From contig PEWR01000139.1 in assembly GCA_002779395.1 (NCBI GenBank), positions 3,723 to 66,709 on the forward strand: 62,987 bases of DNA, read 5' to 3'. This document shows positions 25,918-36,474 of this stretch, piece after piece (position 1 is the first letter of the stretch; every line of letters begins with the position of its first letter). Made by a program: the position numbers and the translations under genes. Under the pieces are notes generated by a model. It searched no databases and was not told the DNA's origin. It saw nothing but the letters and a program-made list of their open reading frames with translations. The stretch comes from Ignavibacteriales bacterium CG07_land_8_20_14_0_80_59_12. Lineage in GTDB: Bacteria > Bacteroidota > Ignavibacteria > 0-14-0-80-59-12.

Positions 25918-26059
25918 GGACCCTCTATTCTCAGGAGGGTCACTGACGGCTGGGTTCACCTGAATGATCCTCTAGCCGTGGCGCTGTAGGTAGGCTGCAA
26001 TGGCATGACTGTCGCGGTGCGGCTTGTCGGAACATCCGACCGACGCGATGGTTTTCGCA

Positions 26060-27571
26060 TCACCGAGGACTGAACGAATCCGGTCGTCCGGCGGAACAAA
26101 CAGATCCTGAATCACCTGAACTCTCCCCGGGAACATATTTCACGTTGAGCTGCTTCGCCGCCCTTACTTCGTCGAGCCGACGCACCGGAGTCGTGTGCGG
26201 CGCATTGAGGACGGTCTCCTTGTTTGTCTCGATCTCCTTGTCGATCTCAAGGAGCGCGTGGGCGAAGTAGTCGAGTGATTCTTTCGTCTCCGTCTCCGTC
26301 GGCTCGATCATGAGGGCCTCATGGACGATGAGTGGAAAATACGCCGTCGGGGCGTGGACGCCGTAGTCAAGAAGACGCTTCGCGATATCGAGGGCACGAA
26401 CGCCCTTCTCCTTCTGCCGCGACGCGGAAAGAACGAATTCGTGGAGCGGCTGAGTCCCGTACGGGAGCTCAAACGCACCCCGGAGACGGCTGAGAAGGTA
26501 GTTTGCATTGAGGATGGCGCCCCGGCTCACGGCGCTCAGCCCTTTGGCGCCGTTCGCCCGGATGTACGCGTAGGCTCGCACGATCACACCGAAGTTGCCG
26601 AAGAAGGTCTGCACCTTTCCGATCGATAGCGGGCGGTTCCAGTTCATGACGTACCGGTCGCCGTGTTTCTCTATGACAGGCCTGGGGAGGAACGGCTCAA
26701 GGCGGCTGTTGACCGCGACCGGTCCCGCGCCGGGTCCCCCGCCGCCGTGCGGCGTGGAAAACGTCTTGTGAAGATTGATATGCATGACGTCGAACCCGTG
26801 GTCGCCTGGACGGGTGATGCCGAGGAGGGCGTTGAGGTTCGCGCCGTCCATGTACATGAGTGATCCGTTCCCGTGCAGGAGCTTCTCGATCTCGACGATG
26901 TCGCGCTCGAAGATGCCGAGGGTATTCGGATTCGTGAGCATGATCGCCGCGACGTCGCTCGCGAGATGAGCCTTGAGGTCATCGAGGTCGATAGTCCCCT
27001 CGGCGTTCGACTTCACACTCGCCGTTGTGAAACCGCCGATGACAGAGCTCGCCGGGTTTGTCCCGTGCGCCGAATCGGGGACGAGGATCACGTGTCGTTG
27101 CTCGCCGCGCGACTCAAAGTACTTTCTGATCATCATGAGTCCGGTAAGCTCACCGTGCGCCCCCGCGGCCGGCTGCAGGCTGATGCCCGCCATGCCGTTG
27201 ATCTCCTTCAGCATCTCCCCGAGTTCGTACATGAGCCGAAGGGCTCCCTGGACATGCGATTCCGGCGTGAGGGGATGAAGGTGTTGGAATCCGGGCATCG
27301 CGGCGGCCACTTCGTTCATCTTCGGGTTGTACTTCATTGTGCAGGAACCGAGCGGGTAGATGCCGCGGTCGAGGTGGTAGTTGAGCGACGAGAGGTTGAT
27401 GAAATGCCGGACGACCTCGTTCTCGCTCACCTCCGGGAGCCGGGGGCCTTCAGTGCGAAGCGCACCTCGCGGGATGAGAGAATCGACCGGTTGTTCGGGG
27501 ACATCGAGCGCCGGGAGGGTTGCCCCGCGGCGCCCGTGCCTGCTTCGCTCGTAGATGAGAGGCTCAAGCAT
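26060..27571 (-). CDS. gcvPB: glycine dehydrogenase (decarboxylating) subunit 2
   Basis: 503 aa with [14 protein letters not shown] and [16 protein letters not shown] (PLP Lys) motifs. Confidence 0.93.
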   Translation of the reverse strand: MLEPLIYERSRHGRRGATLPALDVPEQPVDSLIPRGALRTEGPRLPEVSENEVVRHFINLSSLNYHLDRGIYPLGSCTMKYNPKMNEVAAAMPGFQHLHPLTPESHVQGALRLMYELGEMLKEINGMAGISLQPAAGAHGELTGLMMIRKYFESRGEQRHVILVPDSAHGTNPASSVIGGFTTASVKSNAEGTIDLDDLKAHLASDVAAIMLTNPNTLGIFERDIVEIEKLLHGNGSLMYMDGANLNALLGITRPGDHGFDVMHINLHKTFSTPHGGGGPGAGPVAVNSRLEPFLPRPVIEKHGDRYVMNWNRPLSIGKVQTFFGNFGVIVRAYAYIRANGAKGLSAVSRGAILNANYLLSRLRGAFELPYGTQPLHEFVLSASRQKEKGVRALDIAKRLLDYGVHAPTAYFPLIVHEALMIEPTETETKESLDYFAHALLEIDKEIETNKETVLNAPHTTPVRRLDEVRAAKQLNVKYVPGESSGDSGSVCSAGRPDSFSPR

Positions 27572-28448
27572 GTGAGGATCCTGGTCTTTGGGTGGACGTG
27601 TCGGAGAGAGAGAGATTGAAATCCTCTGCCCTCAGATGGAAAAGGGCATCGGCGGCGGCGCGCTGCTCCGCCTCCTTCTTGCTTTTCCCCTCACCGACTC
27701 CGAGAGGTGTGTCTCCGAGGAGTGCTTGGACCGTGAACCTTCGGTCATGGTCCGGGCCTTCTTCGCGGACGACCGCATAGGAAAGAGGGGGAAGGCGGTG
27801 CGCCTGGGCGAGCTCGAGAAGGACGCTCTTGTAGTTCTCGTCGTTCGAGATGAGGAAATCGTCCGGGAGAGCGGAAAGGAGCGTTCGCGCGATGAACCGA
27901 ATTGCCGCTTTGGGCCCGCTGTCGATGTAGACAGCGGCGATGACCGCTTCGAACGCGTCGGCTATAAGCGAGTCGTACCCCTTTGATACCGATGCCTTCG
28001 CCCCTTCGCTTGCGAGGATCATCTCATCGAGGTGGAGGTTGTGTCCGGCGGCCCCGAGCGCCTTGCGATTCACGAGGCGTGCGCGCCCGCGTGTGAGATC
28101 CCCTTCCTCCGCATTTGGAAACTTCCTGAAGAGGCGTTCGGCGACTGTGAGGTTCAGAATTGCGTCGCCGAGAAACTCAAGCCGTTCATTCGAGGCGGCG
28201 GCGGTTGCTCCTGCGAACGGGAGGTACGAGCGATGAGTGAGCGACTCGATGAAAAGCTGCGGGTCTCCAATGGGACAGCCGACGATGGATTCGAGCCGTT
28301 TGAGGTCGATTCTTGCCCCTCCGGTCCGGGGCGACACCCCTGAAGCCCGGCGCACGTCGGGCCTCGGGGGGCGGAACAACCCGCGTAGCAATTCCGCGGC
28401 CGTCGACCAATACGAAATCAGGGTACGTGACCGACGCCGTCGCGTCAT
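27564..28448 (-). CDS. rnc: ribonuclease III
   Basis: [18 protein letters not shown] and a dsRBD ([10 protein letters not shown]...[14 protein letters not shown]). ATG at 28448 lies just after the fabF stop. The upstream part of the ORF overlaps fabF and is not used. Confidence 0.9.
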   Translation of the reverse strand: MTRRRRSRTLISYWSTAAELLRGLFRPPRPDVRRASGVSPRTGGARIDLKRLESIVGCPIGDPQLFIESLTHRSYLPFAGATAAASNERLEFLGDAILNLTVAERLFRKFPNAEEGDLTRGRARLVNRKALGAAGHNLHLDEMILASEGAKASVSKGYDSLIADAFEAVIAAVYIDSGPKAAIRFIARTLLSALPDDFLISNDENYKSVLLELAQAHRLPPLSYAVVREEGPDHDRRFTVQALLGDTPLGVGEGKSKKEAEQRAAADALFHLRAEDFNLSLSDTSTQRPGSSHA

Positions 28449-28456
28449 GTCACGGG

Positions 28457-29713
28457 TCACTCCGTGAAGCGAGTGAAGATGAGGGTCGCATTGTGGCCTC
28501 CGAAGCCGAAGGCGTTGCTCATTGCGGCTTCTACATTCTTCTTGATCGGAGTGTTCGGGACGTAGTTGAGGTCGCACTCCGGATCCGGGAATTCATAGTT
28601 GATGGTGGGTGGCATCTCGTTGTGCACAATCGTGAGGATGGAGATGACGGCCTCGAGCGCTCCGGCCGCACCAAGGAGATGCCCGGTCATCGACTTTGTC
28701 GAGCTCACGTGAAGCTTGTGCGCGTGCTCGCCGAAGGCGGTCTTGATCGCGGCCGTCTCGTTCTTGTCGTTCGGCGGAGTCGAGGTCCCATGCGCGTTGA
28801 TGTAGTCGATGTCGGCCGGCTCGAGCCCCGCATCCCTGAGTGCGAGCTTCATCGCACGCGCTGCGCCTTCGCCCCCGGGTGCCGGCTGTGTGATATGGTA
28901 CGCGTCGGCGGTAAGTCCGATGCCGGCGAGCTTGGCGAGAATCTTCGCGCCGCGGGAAAGGGCGTGATGCAGCTCCTCGAGTATGAGTGTCGCCGCCCCC
29001 TCGCCGATGACGAAGCCGTCGCGCTGAGCATCGAACGGACGGCTTGCCTTCTTCGGCGCATCGTTCCGCGTCGAGAGGGCCTTCATGGCGTTGAACCCCC
29101 CCACACCCATCGGGCAAATCGCCGCCTCGGCGCCTCCTGCCACCATGATGTCGGCGTCTCCGCGCTCGATCAGCATCATCGCGTCGGCGATCGCGTTTGC
29201 CGATGTTGCGCAAGCCGCTGTCGTGGCGTAGTTGGGCCCTTTGAACTGGTACCTCATTGAGATCTGTCCCGCCGCGATGTCAGAGATCATCATCGGAACA
29301 AAGAATGGGCTGATGCGCTGCGGGCTTCCACCGTTCTGGTAGATGGTTTCCTGCTGCCGGTGGTACGTCCACATCCCTCCGATGCCGGAGCCGTAGATGA
29401 CCCCAGCCCGCTCCGCGTCGAACGCCCCTCCCTTGATCCCCGCAGCGTCAACCGCCTGGGCGGAGGCCGCCATGGCGAACTGGGTAAAGAGGTCCATCCG
29501 CTGGACCGTCTTCCTGTCCAGGTACTTCAGCGGGTCGAACTTCTTCACCTCGCAGGCGAACTTCGTATCGTGTTTCCTCGTGTCGAAGTAGGTAATAGTG
29601 TCGGCACCGCTGACACCCGCGAGGAGCGACTGCCACGTCTCCTCCACGGTGAGGCCTACGGGACTGACGGCCCCGACTCCGGTCACGACGACGCGCCGCC
29701 GGTTAGGATCCAT
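28457..29713 (-). CDS. fabF: beta-ketoacyl-ACP synthase II
   Basis: 418 aa with ACATSANAI (active Cys), NAHGTSTP and NAFGFGGHN motifs. Confidence 0.95.
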   Translation of the reverse strand: MDPNRRRVVVTGVGAVSPVGLTVEETWQSLLAGVSGADTITYFDTRKHDTKFACEVKKFDPLKYLDRKTVQRMDLFTQFAMAASAQAVDAAGIKGGAFDAERAGVIYGSGIGGMWTYHRQQETIYQNGGSPQRISPFFVPMMISDIAAGQISMRYQFKGPNYATTAACATSANAIADAMMLIERGDADIMVAGGAEAAICPMGVGGFNAMKALSTRNDAPKKASRPFDAQRDGFVIGEGAATLILEELHHALSRGAKILAKLAGIGLTADAYHITQPAPGGEGAARAMKLALRDAGLEPADIDYINAHGTSTPPNDKNETAAIKTAFGEHAHKLHVSSTKSMTGHLLGAAGALEAVISILTIVHNEMPPTINYEFPDPECDLNYVPNTPIKKNVEAAMSNAFGFGGHNATLIFTRFTE

Positions 29714-29756
29714 GCGTGTCTCCAGTCAGAATAGTGAGAGTGCAAACGGACACGCT

Positions 29757-29996
29757 CTACGCCCCGAGCTTCCCCTTCAGGTAATTGATGGCATCGCCGA
29801 CCGTCGCAATCTTCTCGGCATCCTCATCCGGGATCTGGACGTTGAACGACTTCTCAAACTCCATCACGAGCTCGACGGTGTCGAGGGAGTCCGCGCCGAG
29901 GTCGTTCGTGAAGGACGCTTCCGGCGTGATCTGCGATTCCTCGACGCCGAGTTTGCTGACGATGATTTCTCTCACCTTTGTTTCAATGTCTGCCAT
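29757..29996 (-). CDS. acpP: acyl carrier protein
   Basis: 79 aa with the [16 protein letters not shown] phosphopantetheine site. Confidence 0.95.
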   Translation of the reverse strand: MADIETKVREIIVSKLGVEESQITPEASFTNDLGADSLDTVELVMEFEKSFNVQIPDEDAEKIATVGDAINYLKGKLGA

Positions 29997-30051
29997 TGTT
30001 GTGGCTCCTTAGTGAATGATTGGATAGTGGGCGAATGAGAAACGAACACGT

Positions 30052-30810
30052 TCACATACCGAGCCCGCCGTCGACGGGGATCACCTGCCCCGTGATGTAA
30101 CTTGCGTCGGGTCCGGCGAGGAATCGGACCACGGAGGCGATCTCCTCCGGCGACGACGTGCGCCGCAGGGGGATCGCTTCTACGAGGGCGTTCCGCTGCT
30201 CGTCGTTGAGCTTCCGCGTCATCGCGGTCTCGACGTAGCCGGGAGCGATCGCGTTCACGAGGACGTTCCGTGAGGCGAGCTCCTTTGCCATGGACTTTGT
30301 GAAACCGATGATGCCGGCCTTCGAGGCGGCGTAGTTTGCCTGTCCCGCGTTCCCCATCACACCGACGATTGAGGCGATGCTGATGATCCGTCCCTGTCGG
30401 CGTGAGATCATGGGGCGCATGGCGGCCTTTGTGAAATTGAAAACGCTCTTGAGATTCACCGAGATGACGGCATCCCATTCCTCCTCCGTCATGCGGAGAA
30501 GGAGGTTGTCCTTCGTGATACCGGCGTTGTTCACGAGGATTGAGAGCGTGCCGAAATCCTTTACGACTTCGTCGACGACCGCTGCGGATGCCGCGAACGA
30601 GGTCGCGTCCGCCTCAAACGCACGTCCCCGCCGGCCGAACGCCTGGATCCTCTCGACGACCTCGTCCGCGTCGGCACCGGTCACGAGGTCGCTGATCGCA
30701 ACGTCCGCACCCGCCTCGGCGAGTGCAAGCGCAATAGCACGACCGATGCCTCGCGCCCCGCCGGTGACGAGGGCTACCTGGTTCACAAGGGGTTCCGGTG
30801 ATACCGCCAT
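30052..30810 (-). CDS. fabG: 3-oxoacyl-ACP reductase
   Basis: SDR: TGGARGIG, NNAG, YAASKAG. Confidence 0.92.
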   Translation of the reverse strand: MAVSPEPLVNQVALVTGGARGIGRAIALALAEAGADVAISDLVTGADADEVVERIQAFGRRGRAFEADATSFAASAAVVDEVVKDFGTLSILVNNAGITKDNLLLRMTEEEWDAVISVNLKSVFNFTKAAMRPMISRRQGRIISIASIVGVMGNAGQANYAASKAGIIGFTKSMAKELASRNVLVNAIAPGYVETAMTRKLNDEQRNALVEAIPLRRTSSPEEIASVVRFLAGPDASYITGQVIPVDGGLGM

Positions 30811-30815
30811 TCCTC

Positions 30816-31412
30816 TTACCTCCTCTCAGTGCGCTGATGTATGATGGATAGAAGCTCGCGATAGTTCTCTTCGCCGATCGCCCGGATGAATTCCCTCTTC
30901 CACGCTTCAACCGCCGGACGTTCGCAGGCGGGCGAGAGGGTGCAGCACTCGTTGCTCCCCGCGTGCGCGTCGTCGTAGGTAAGGGTCCGCTCGGTGATGA
31001 CAAGCGGAAACAGGGCGCAGTAGAACGGCTTCAGTGCAAACGGCTCCATCCCCTCGCCCACGGCGGCATGCTGAAGGACACACCGCCCGTCCTTCATCAG
31101 GAACACGCATTTCCCGTTGAAGCTCTCCGTCCCCGCGCAGCGTCCCGAGGCGAAATCTTTGTCCTCCTCTTCCGGCCCGAACCAGGCCGAAGGTGCCCTC
31201 GGCTGCGTCTCGTCCATGTGGCGGCTGATCAGTTCTTTCGCGGCGAGTATGGCGTCGCGCTCTCTCAGTTCGACCCACACGCCGTCCACGCAACATCTTC
31301 CGCGGCAGAGATGCGGACCTTTCGATCCGTTGTATCCGTCCGTGAGGAGAACGGGATCGACCTTCATGTCGTCTACGTAGATCGTCCCGTCGGCCTCGAC
31401 TCGTACCGCCAT
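30816..31412 (-). CDS. Cys-rich DUF3109-like protein
   Basis: 198 aa with 10 Cys (CRGRCC, GKCVFL..GRCVLQ, YCALFP, ECCTLSPAC). The family call is from memory of the DUF3109 / YkgJ-like pattern. Confidence 0.55.
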   Translation of the reverse strand: MAVRVEADGTIYVDDMKVDPVLLTDGYNGSKGPHLCRGRCCVDGVWVELRERDAILAAKELISRHMDETQPRAPSAWFGPEEEDKDFASGRCAGTESFNGKCVFLMKDGRCVLQHAAVGEGMEPFALKPFYCALFPLVITERTLTYDDAHAGSNECCTLSPACERPAVEAWKREFIRAIGEENYRELLSIIHQRTERR

Positions 31413-31415
31413 CGG

Positions 31416-32360
31416 CTACGAGACCCTCTTCATGAACATCTCGACATCGTGAGGTGTATCGATCCCCACAGCGGTCGCTTCGGGTGCGATCCGCTTGAGA
31501 AGCCCCTGGAGAACCCTCCCCGGTCCAATTTCGACAAATGTCGTGACTCCCTCAGCAACCATTTTCTGCATGCTTCCCAACCACAACACTGGGCTTACGA
31601 GCTGCCGGTCGAGCAGCGTGCGAATCTCTTCCGCATCAGTCACCGGCTGCGCTGTCACGTTCGCCACAACCGGGATACGCGCATCGCGGATTGTTGCGCC
31701 TGAGAGCGCGGTCCAGAGCGGATCACGCGCAGGGAGCATGAGAGGCGAGTGAAAGGCACCGCTCACCGAGAGCTCCTTTGCGAGCCTTGCCCCGTGTGAC
31801 TTCGCGAGCTCGACGGCACGCATCACCCCGGGGATGCTCCCGGAGATGACAACCTGCCCCGGCGCGTTGAAGTTTGCTGGCTGAACAATCCCTTCTGCCG
31901 CTGCTTCGGCACAGAGCGATTCCACTTCCTCGTCGCTGAGCCCCACGATTGCCGCCATCGCGCCCGGGTTCTCTTCGCCGGCCTGCTGCATCGCCTCGCT
32001 CCGAACACGGACGAGATCGAGCCCCTCTTCGAAGCTGAGCGCGCCGGAAGCAACGAGCGCTGAATACTCGCCGAGAGAATGCCCCGCCGTGAAGGCGACG
32101 CCGTCCGTCGCGGGAGCACTTCCATCGCCCATGACTGTGAGGAGTGCAACACTGTGGACGAAGATGGCCGGCTGCGTGCAGCGCGTCTGGCGGAGCGCCT
32201 CCTCGGGTCCTTCAAAGCAGACCCGAGAGAGGTCCGTGCCGAGGATTTCATCCGCGTTCTGGAAGACCGCGCGTGCAGCGGGAGACGACTCGTAGAGGTC
32301 GCGTCCCATGCCGACATACTGGGATCCCTGTCCCGGGAACATGAAAGCGGTGGCACACAT
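31416..32360 (-). CDS. fabD: malonyl CoA-ACP transacylase
   Basis: FMFPGQGSQYVGMG, GHSLGEYSAL and SGAFHSPLM. ATG at 32360 gives MCATAFMFPGQGSQ. Confidence 0.93.
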   Translation of the reverse strand: MCATAFMFPGQGSQYVGMGRDLYESSPAARAVFQNADEILGTDLSRVCFEGPEEALRQTRCTQPAIFVHSVALLTVMGDGSAPATDGVAFTAGHSLGEYSALVASGALSFEEGLDLVRVRSEAMQQAGEENPGAMAAIVGLSDEEVESLCAEAAAEGIVQPANFNAPGQVVISGSIPGVMRAVELAKSHGARLAKELSVSGAFHSPLMLPARDPLWTALSGATIRDARIPVVANVTAQPVTDAEEIRTLLDRQLVSPVLWLGSMQKMVAEGVTTFVEIGPGRVLQGLLKRIAPEATAVGIDTPHDVEMFMKRVS

Positions 32361-32397
32361 TACGGTTTCCTGAGAACGACACACCCGGGAGATGCAG

Positions 32398-32442
32398 CCG
32401 CGGATTGACGCGAGAGAAGCCGCGGATTGACACGGATCAAGA
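32398..32442 (-). repeat. 45-bp intergenic element, copy B
   Basis: The reverse complement TCTTGATCCGTGTCAATCCGCGGCTTCTCTCGCGTCAATCCGCGG matches 14477-14521 at 41/45. It lies between the fabH stop and the fabD start, in the same orientation relative to the downstream gene. Confidence 0.9.
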
Positions 32443-32526
32443 TCATGTGTGAAAGACCGTACCGATGTTCGATTTATTGTTGGACGTTGTTCTTCGACTC
32501 AGCCCCTCCTGGGCGGAGTGCATGGC

Positions 32527-33519
32527 TTAGAACGACCACCGAATGAGTGCGGCACCCCACGTATAGCCCGCGCCAAACACAGAGATGACGACCCGATGTC
32601 CCTTTTTCAGTTTCCCCGCCTTCCACCATTCGGAGAGGCAGACGGGGATTGAGGCAGTCGTCGTGTTGCCGTACCTGTCAATGTTGATCATCACCTTCGA
32701 CGGGTCGAGCCCCATCCGCTGCGCCGTGGCGTTAATGATGCGGAGGTTCGCCTGGTGCGGCACAAGCCAGTCGACGTCATCACACGTGAGCCTGTTCCGT
32801 TTCATGATTTCTGCGGCGGCCTCGGCCATCTTCACGACGGCGATCTTGAAGACCGCCTTCCCATCTTGGTAGATGTAATGCATCTTCTTGTCGACGGTCT
32901 CGTGCGTGGGCGGGTTGAGACTTCCGCCGCCGAGCATATACAGGAAGGGGGCACCAGAGCCGTCGGAGTATTGGCTCTGGTCGATGATCCCGTAGCCGGG
33001 GTCGTCGCTCGGCTCGAGGAGAACGGCACCGGCTGCGTCTCCGAAGAGGATGCAGTTCGCCCGGTCGGTGTAGTCGGTAATGGAGCTCATCTTGTCCGAA
33101 CCGACGACAACCACCTTCTTGTGTGTGCCGGTCTCGATGAACTTCGCGCCTGTGGTCAGTGCGAAGAGAAAGCCGGAGCAAGCGGCCGTCATATCGAATC
33201 CCCAGGCGTTCTTCGCGCCGATCTTCTCCTGCACGAGGACCGCCGTTGTCGGGAAGAACATGTCGGGCGTCACCGTCGTGAGGATGATGAGGTCGATCTC
33301 GTCTGGCCCAATGCCGCGGTTTGCAAGGAGATCGCGGACCGCCGCGGCAGCCATGTCGGACGTCGCACCATTCTCAAGGATCCGCCGTTCGCGGATGCCC
33401 GTGCGCGTTACGATCCATTCATCATTCGTGTCGACCATCTTCTCAAGGTCGGCGTTGGAGAGGATCTTTTCGGGGGCGTAGTGCCCGACGGCAGTGATTG
33501 CTGCTCGGAGATTGCTCAT
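32527..33519 (-). CDS. fabH: beta-ketoacyl-ACP synthase III
   Basis: MSNLRAAITAVGHYAPE, AACSGF (active Cys), VPHQANLRI and GNTTTASIP. Confidence 0.93.
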   Translation of the reverse strand: MSNLRAAITAVGHYAPEKILSNADLEKMVDTNDEWIVTRTGIRERRILENGATSDMAAAAVRDLLANRGIGPDEIDLIILTTVTPDMFFPTTAVLVQEKIGAKNAWGFDMTAACSGFLFALTTGAKFIETGTHKKVVVVGSDKMSSITDYTDRANCILFGDAAGAVLLEPSDDPGYGIIDQSQYSDGSGAPFLYMLGGGSLNPPTHETVDKKMHYIYQDGKAVFKIAVVKMAEAAAEIMKRNRLTCDDVDWLVPHQANLRIINATAQRMGLDPSKVMINIDRYGNTTTASIPVCLSEWWKAGKLKKGHRVVISVFGAGYTWGAALIRWSF

Positions 33520-33545
33520 GTATCCCTCCTGTGAATCTTTCAGAG

Positions 33546-34559
33546 TTACGTGGTTGCAAGAAGAGCCTTCTGAATGCATGCGGGGATCTTTTTCGCGGCG
33601 GCTTCCTCCGCCTTCAGGATCATGTTCTTAATGGCCTTCGGAGAGGAGCGCCCGTGACCGATCACAGAGATCCCTCTCACGCCGAGGAGTGGGACGCCTC
33701 CGTGTTCCTGGTAGTCGAAGGTGCGGAGCGCCTTTTTCAAAGTGCCGTAGGCGAGTGCCATGGAGAGCTTGTGGAAGAGGTTCTTGTACGAGATCTGGCG
33801 GATCCGGTTCTTGAGAACGAAGAGGACGCTTTCTCCGAACTTGAGCAGGACGTTACCGACGAAGCCATCGCAGACGATGATGTCTGATGTCCCCAGGAGA
33901 ATATCGCGTCCCTCAATGTTGCCGATGAAGTTAAGCTTGCTCTGCGCGAGGAGCTGGTGCGCTTCCAGTGTCCGCTCGTCCCCCTTGACGTTCTCCTCCC
34001 CGTTGCTGAGGAGCCCGACGCTGGGTCTCTCCACGCCCATCATTTCGGCATAGTAGATGCTTCCCATGATGGCAAACTCGAGGAGGTGCCGCGGCTTCGA
34101 ATCGATGTTTGCCCCCGCATCAACGATGAGGGAAACTCCCTTCTCGGTGGGGAAGAAGGCCCCTATCGTCGGCCGGCTGACCCCCTGGAGTTTCCCGAGG
34201 ATGACAGTTGAGGCGACGAGCATTGCCCCGGTGTTTCCTGCGCTCACGAAGGCCGACCCCTCGCCGCGTTTCACCATCTCGAGCCCGATGACGATCGACG
34301 AGTGTCTCTTCGTCCGCAGGGCGGCGATGGGAGTGTCCTTCATCTCGATCACTTCCGGCGCATCGACGACAGTGAGCCCCATCGGCAGTCCACCCCCCGT
34401 GAGAGCTCGCACCTGCTCCTCGACCACGACTCTTTGACCGACAAGGATGATTTCAAAGCGGTTCCGGCCCTCCCTCAGCGCCTCAAGCACCCCCTCGACC
34501 TCCACCCTGGGGGCGTGATCGCTCCCCATTGCATCCACGATGATACGCAGGCGCTGCAT
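33546..34559 (-). CDS. plsX: phosphate acyltransferase
   Basis: IVDAMGSDHAP N-terminus, 337 aa, in the conserved rpmF-plsX-fabH context. Confidence 0.92.
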   Translation of the reverse strand: MQRLRIIVDAMGSDHAPRVEVEGVLEALREGRNRFEIILVGQRVVVEEQVRALTGGGLPMGLTVVDAPEVIEMKDTPIAALRTKRHSSIVIGLEMVKRGEGSAFVSAGNTGAMLVASTVILGKLQGVSRPTIGAFFPTEKGVSLIVDAGANIDSKPRHLLEFAIMGSIYYAEMMGVERPSVGLLSNGEENVKGDERTLEAHQLLAQSKLNFIGNIEGRDILLGTSDIIVCDGFVGNVLLKFGESVLFVLKNRIRQISYKNLFHKLSMALAYGTLKKALRTFDYQEHGGVPLLGVRGISVIGHGRSSPKAIKNMILKAEEAAAKKIPACIQKALLATT

Positions 34560-34615
34560 CAGGATCCGGACCTACGAGAAGAGGACACGGGCATCAGCGA
34601 TTGTGAACGGGGCGG

Positions 34616-34798
34616 TCAGGACTCTTTCGGAACCACGATGGAAAGGCCGTTGTAATAGCCGCAGTTCGGGCATGCCCGGTGACGGAGTTTCGGCTCGTGG
34701 CAGTTTGGGCAGGTCCCGACGGAAGGTGCGTTGGCCTTGTAATGCGTGCGGCGCTTGTCCCGGCGGGTTTTCGAGCTCCGCCGTTTCGGGTTTGGCAT
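34616..34798 (-). CDS. rpmF: 50S ribosomal protein L32
   Basis: [19 protein letters not shown]...[20 protein letters not shown]. Confidence 0.95.
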   Translation of the reverse strand: MPNPKRRSSKTRRDKRRTHYKANAPSVGTCPNCHEPKLRHRACPNCGYYNGLSIVVPKES

Positions 34799-34832
34799 AG
34801 TGGCGCGAACCTCCTACGATGTGCGATGGCAT

Positions 34833-35345
34833 CTATTTCTGTGCACTCAGGCGAGCGAGGGGCGCCCAGCGCGGGTCCACCGTTTCTCGTTTGCATGAGC
34901 ACTGTTCATTGTTCAGGTTCCGCCCGCAGACGGGGCACAGTCCCCGGCACTCCTCTTTGCAGAGGAGCTTCCGGGGGACGGCGAGAAGGATCTCCTGCCG
35001 GACATCCTCGCCGAAGTCGATGATGTTTGCCTCCGGTGCGATCACTGTCGCCAAATCGTCCTTCTCCTCCTCCTCTGCACCGGTCGTCGCAACAGAATAG
35101 AGGAGCGTGAATGTGGTCTGAAGGTCGAGGTCGAATTCGCCAAGACAACGGTCGCACGAAAGGTGCGCTGCAGTAAGCGCGGTTCCCCTCAAGGCAAACC
35201 CGCGTGTGATCCTGTCGAGATCGGCGTTGACACGGATCAGCCGTGTGAACTGCTCATCGAGGTTGATCTCCGCGGGGGAGCCTTCGAGGGCATACGAATG
35301 GGTCCCCGGCGAGAGATTTGATATGTTGATGATGAACGGAGTCAT
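34833..35345 (-). CDS. YceD/DUF177 family protein
   Basis: About 170 aa from ATG at 35345. C-terminal CKEECRGLCPVCGRNLN..C.C motif, upstream of rpmF. Confidence 0.8.
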   Translation of the reverse strand: MTPFIINISNLSPGTHSYALEGSPAEINLDEQFTRLIRVNADLDRITRGFALRGTALTAAHLSCDRCLGEFDLDLQTTFTLLYSVATTGAEEEEKDDLATVIAPEANIIDFGEDVRQEILLAVPRKLLCKEECRGLCPVCGRNLNNEQCSCKRETVDPRWAPLARLSAQK

Positions 35346-35556
35346 GTCTCTTGCAGGACTCCCCCGACTACAAAGAGAAAAAGCTCTCCTTCGGTCTCTC
35401 TCCGGGAGAGCAATGAACGTGACAAAAAATATAGGAAAACTGCACCTGAAAATCAAGCAGACGCCGTCTCCGGCTTCCTTGACTTTTTCGGCGGGTGCGG
35501 TTAAATTGAATTTCATTGAAGACATGTGACCGAGAGCGCACCCATCACCGGGAAGG

Positions 35557-36354
35557 ATGAACGCTATTCCGCCGGATCCCCAAGATCAGCAGGCCCGAGA
35601 AGGGCTGATATCAAAAGGCGACATCCCCTGCCATATTGCGATCATCATGGACGGCAACGGCCGATGGGCGAAGGAGCGTGGACTCCCGAGGGCGGCCGGG
35701 CACCGGGAGGGAGTGAATTCCGTCCGCGATATCGTGGAGGCGTGCGGTCTCCTCAATGTGAAATACCTCACGCTCTACACGTTCTCCACGGAGAACTGGA
35801 AGCGCCCGAGAAACGAAGTGTCCACACTCATGAGGCTCCTCCTCAAGGCCCTTCGCGACGAAGCGGATCGCCTCCGGAGGAACAACGTTCGCCTCACGGT
35901 TATCGGCGATATCACTTCCCTTCCCCTGGAGGTGCAGGCGGAGTTGAGCGACGCAATTCAAAAGACCCGAGGCAATACGGGTCTGACGCTCAACCTTGCA
36001 CTCAGCTACAGCGGCCGCTGGGATATCATCGCCGCCATACGCGCCCTTCTCCGCGATGCGCGCGCGGGGAAGCTGCCGTCCGACGATGTGAGCGAAGAGG
36101 TCTTCGCGGGGTACCTCTCGACGTCGTCGATGCCGGACCCGGACCTTCTCATCCGAACAAGCGGAGAACTCCGTATCAGCAATTTTCTTCTCTATCAGAT
36201 CGCGTATGCCGAACTCTACATCAGTCGTCAATACTGGCCCGATTTCCGGCGGGCGCAGCTCTACAAAGCGATCAGCGACTACCAGCGGCGGGAGCGCCGA
36301 TTCGGCCTTGTCAGCGAGCAGGTCGGAGCGCAAGCGCATCATAGGACGTCGTGA
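35557..36354 (+). CDS. uppS: undecaprenyl diphosphate synthase
   Basis: HIAIIMDGNGRWA, LYTFSTENWKRP and RTSGELRISNFLLYQ. Confidence 0.94.
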   Translation: MNAIPPDPQDQQAREGLISKGDIPCHIAIIMDGNGRWAKERGLPRAAGHREGVNSVRDIVEACGLLNVKYLTLYTFSTENWKRPRNEVSTLMRLLLKALRDEADRLRRNNVRLTVIGDITSLPLEVQAELSDAIQKTRGNTGLTLNLALSYSGRWDIIAAIRALLRDARAGKLPSDDVSEEVFAGYLSTSSMPDPDLLIRTSGELRISNFLLYQIAYAELYISRQYWPDFRRAQLYKAISDYQRRERRFGLVSEQVGAQAHHRTS

Positions 36355-36474
36355 CCCCGGCCGGTCATCAACGCCAAACATCAGGAGCGTATGATCAGGT
36401 ATTCAAGAAGCGGTGCAGCAGTGGGAGCATCCCGTTATGGCCGCCAGGAAACGATCGCCGCACGCGGCGCGGCC

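Noticed and set aside
27564-28577. The full 337-aa rnc ORF, and similar 5' extensions of fabH, fabD, bamA, panB, pfp, rnr, the TrmH gene, mazG, yceD and the Omp85 gene.
   Set aside because: The extensions overlap the preceding gene or are Arg/Pro-rich with no homology pattern. Internal ATG/GTG codons with SD-like sequences give canonical N-termini.
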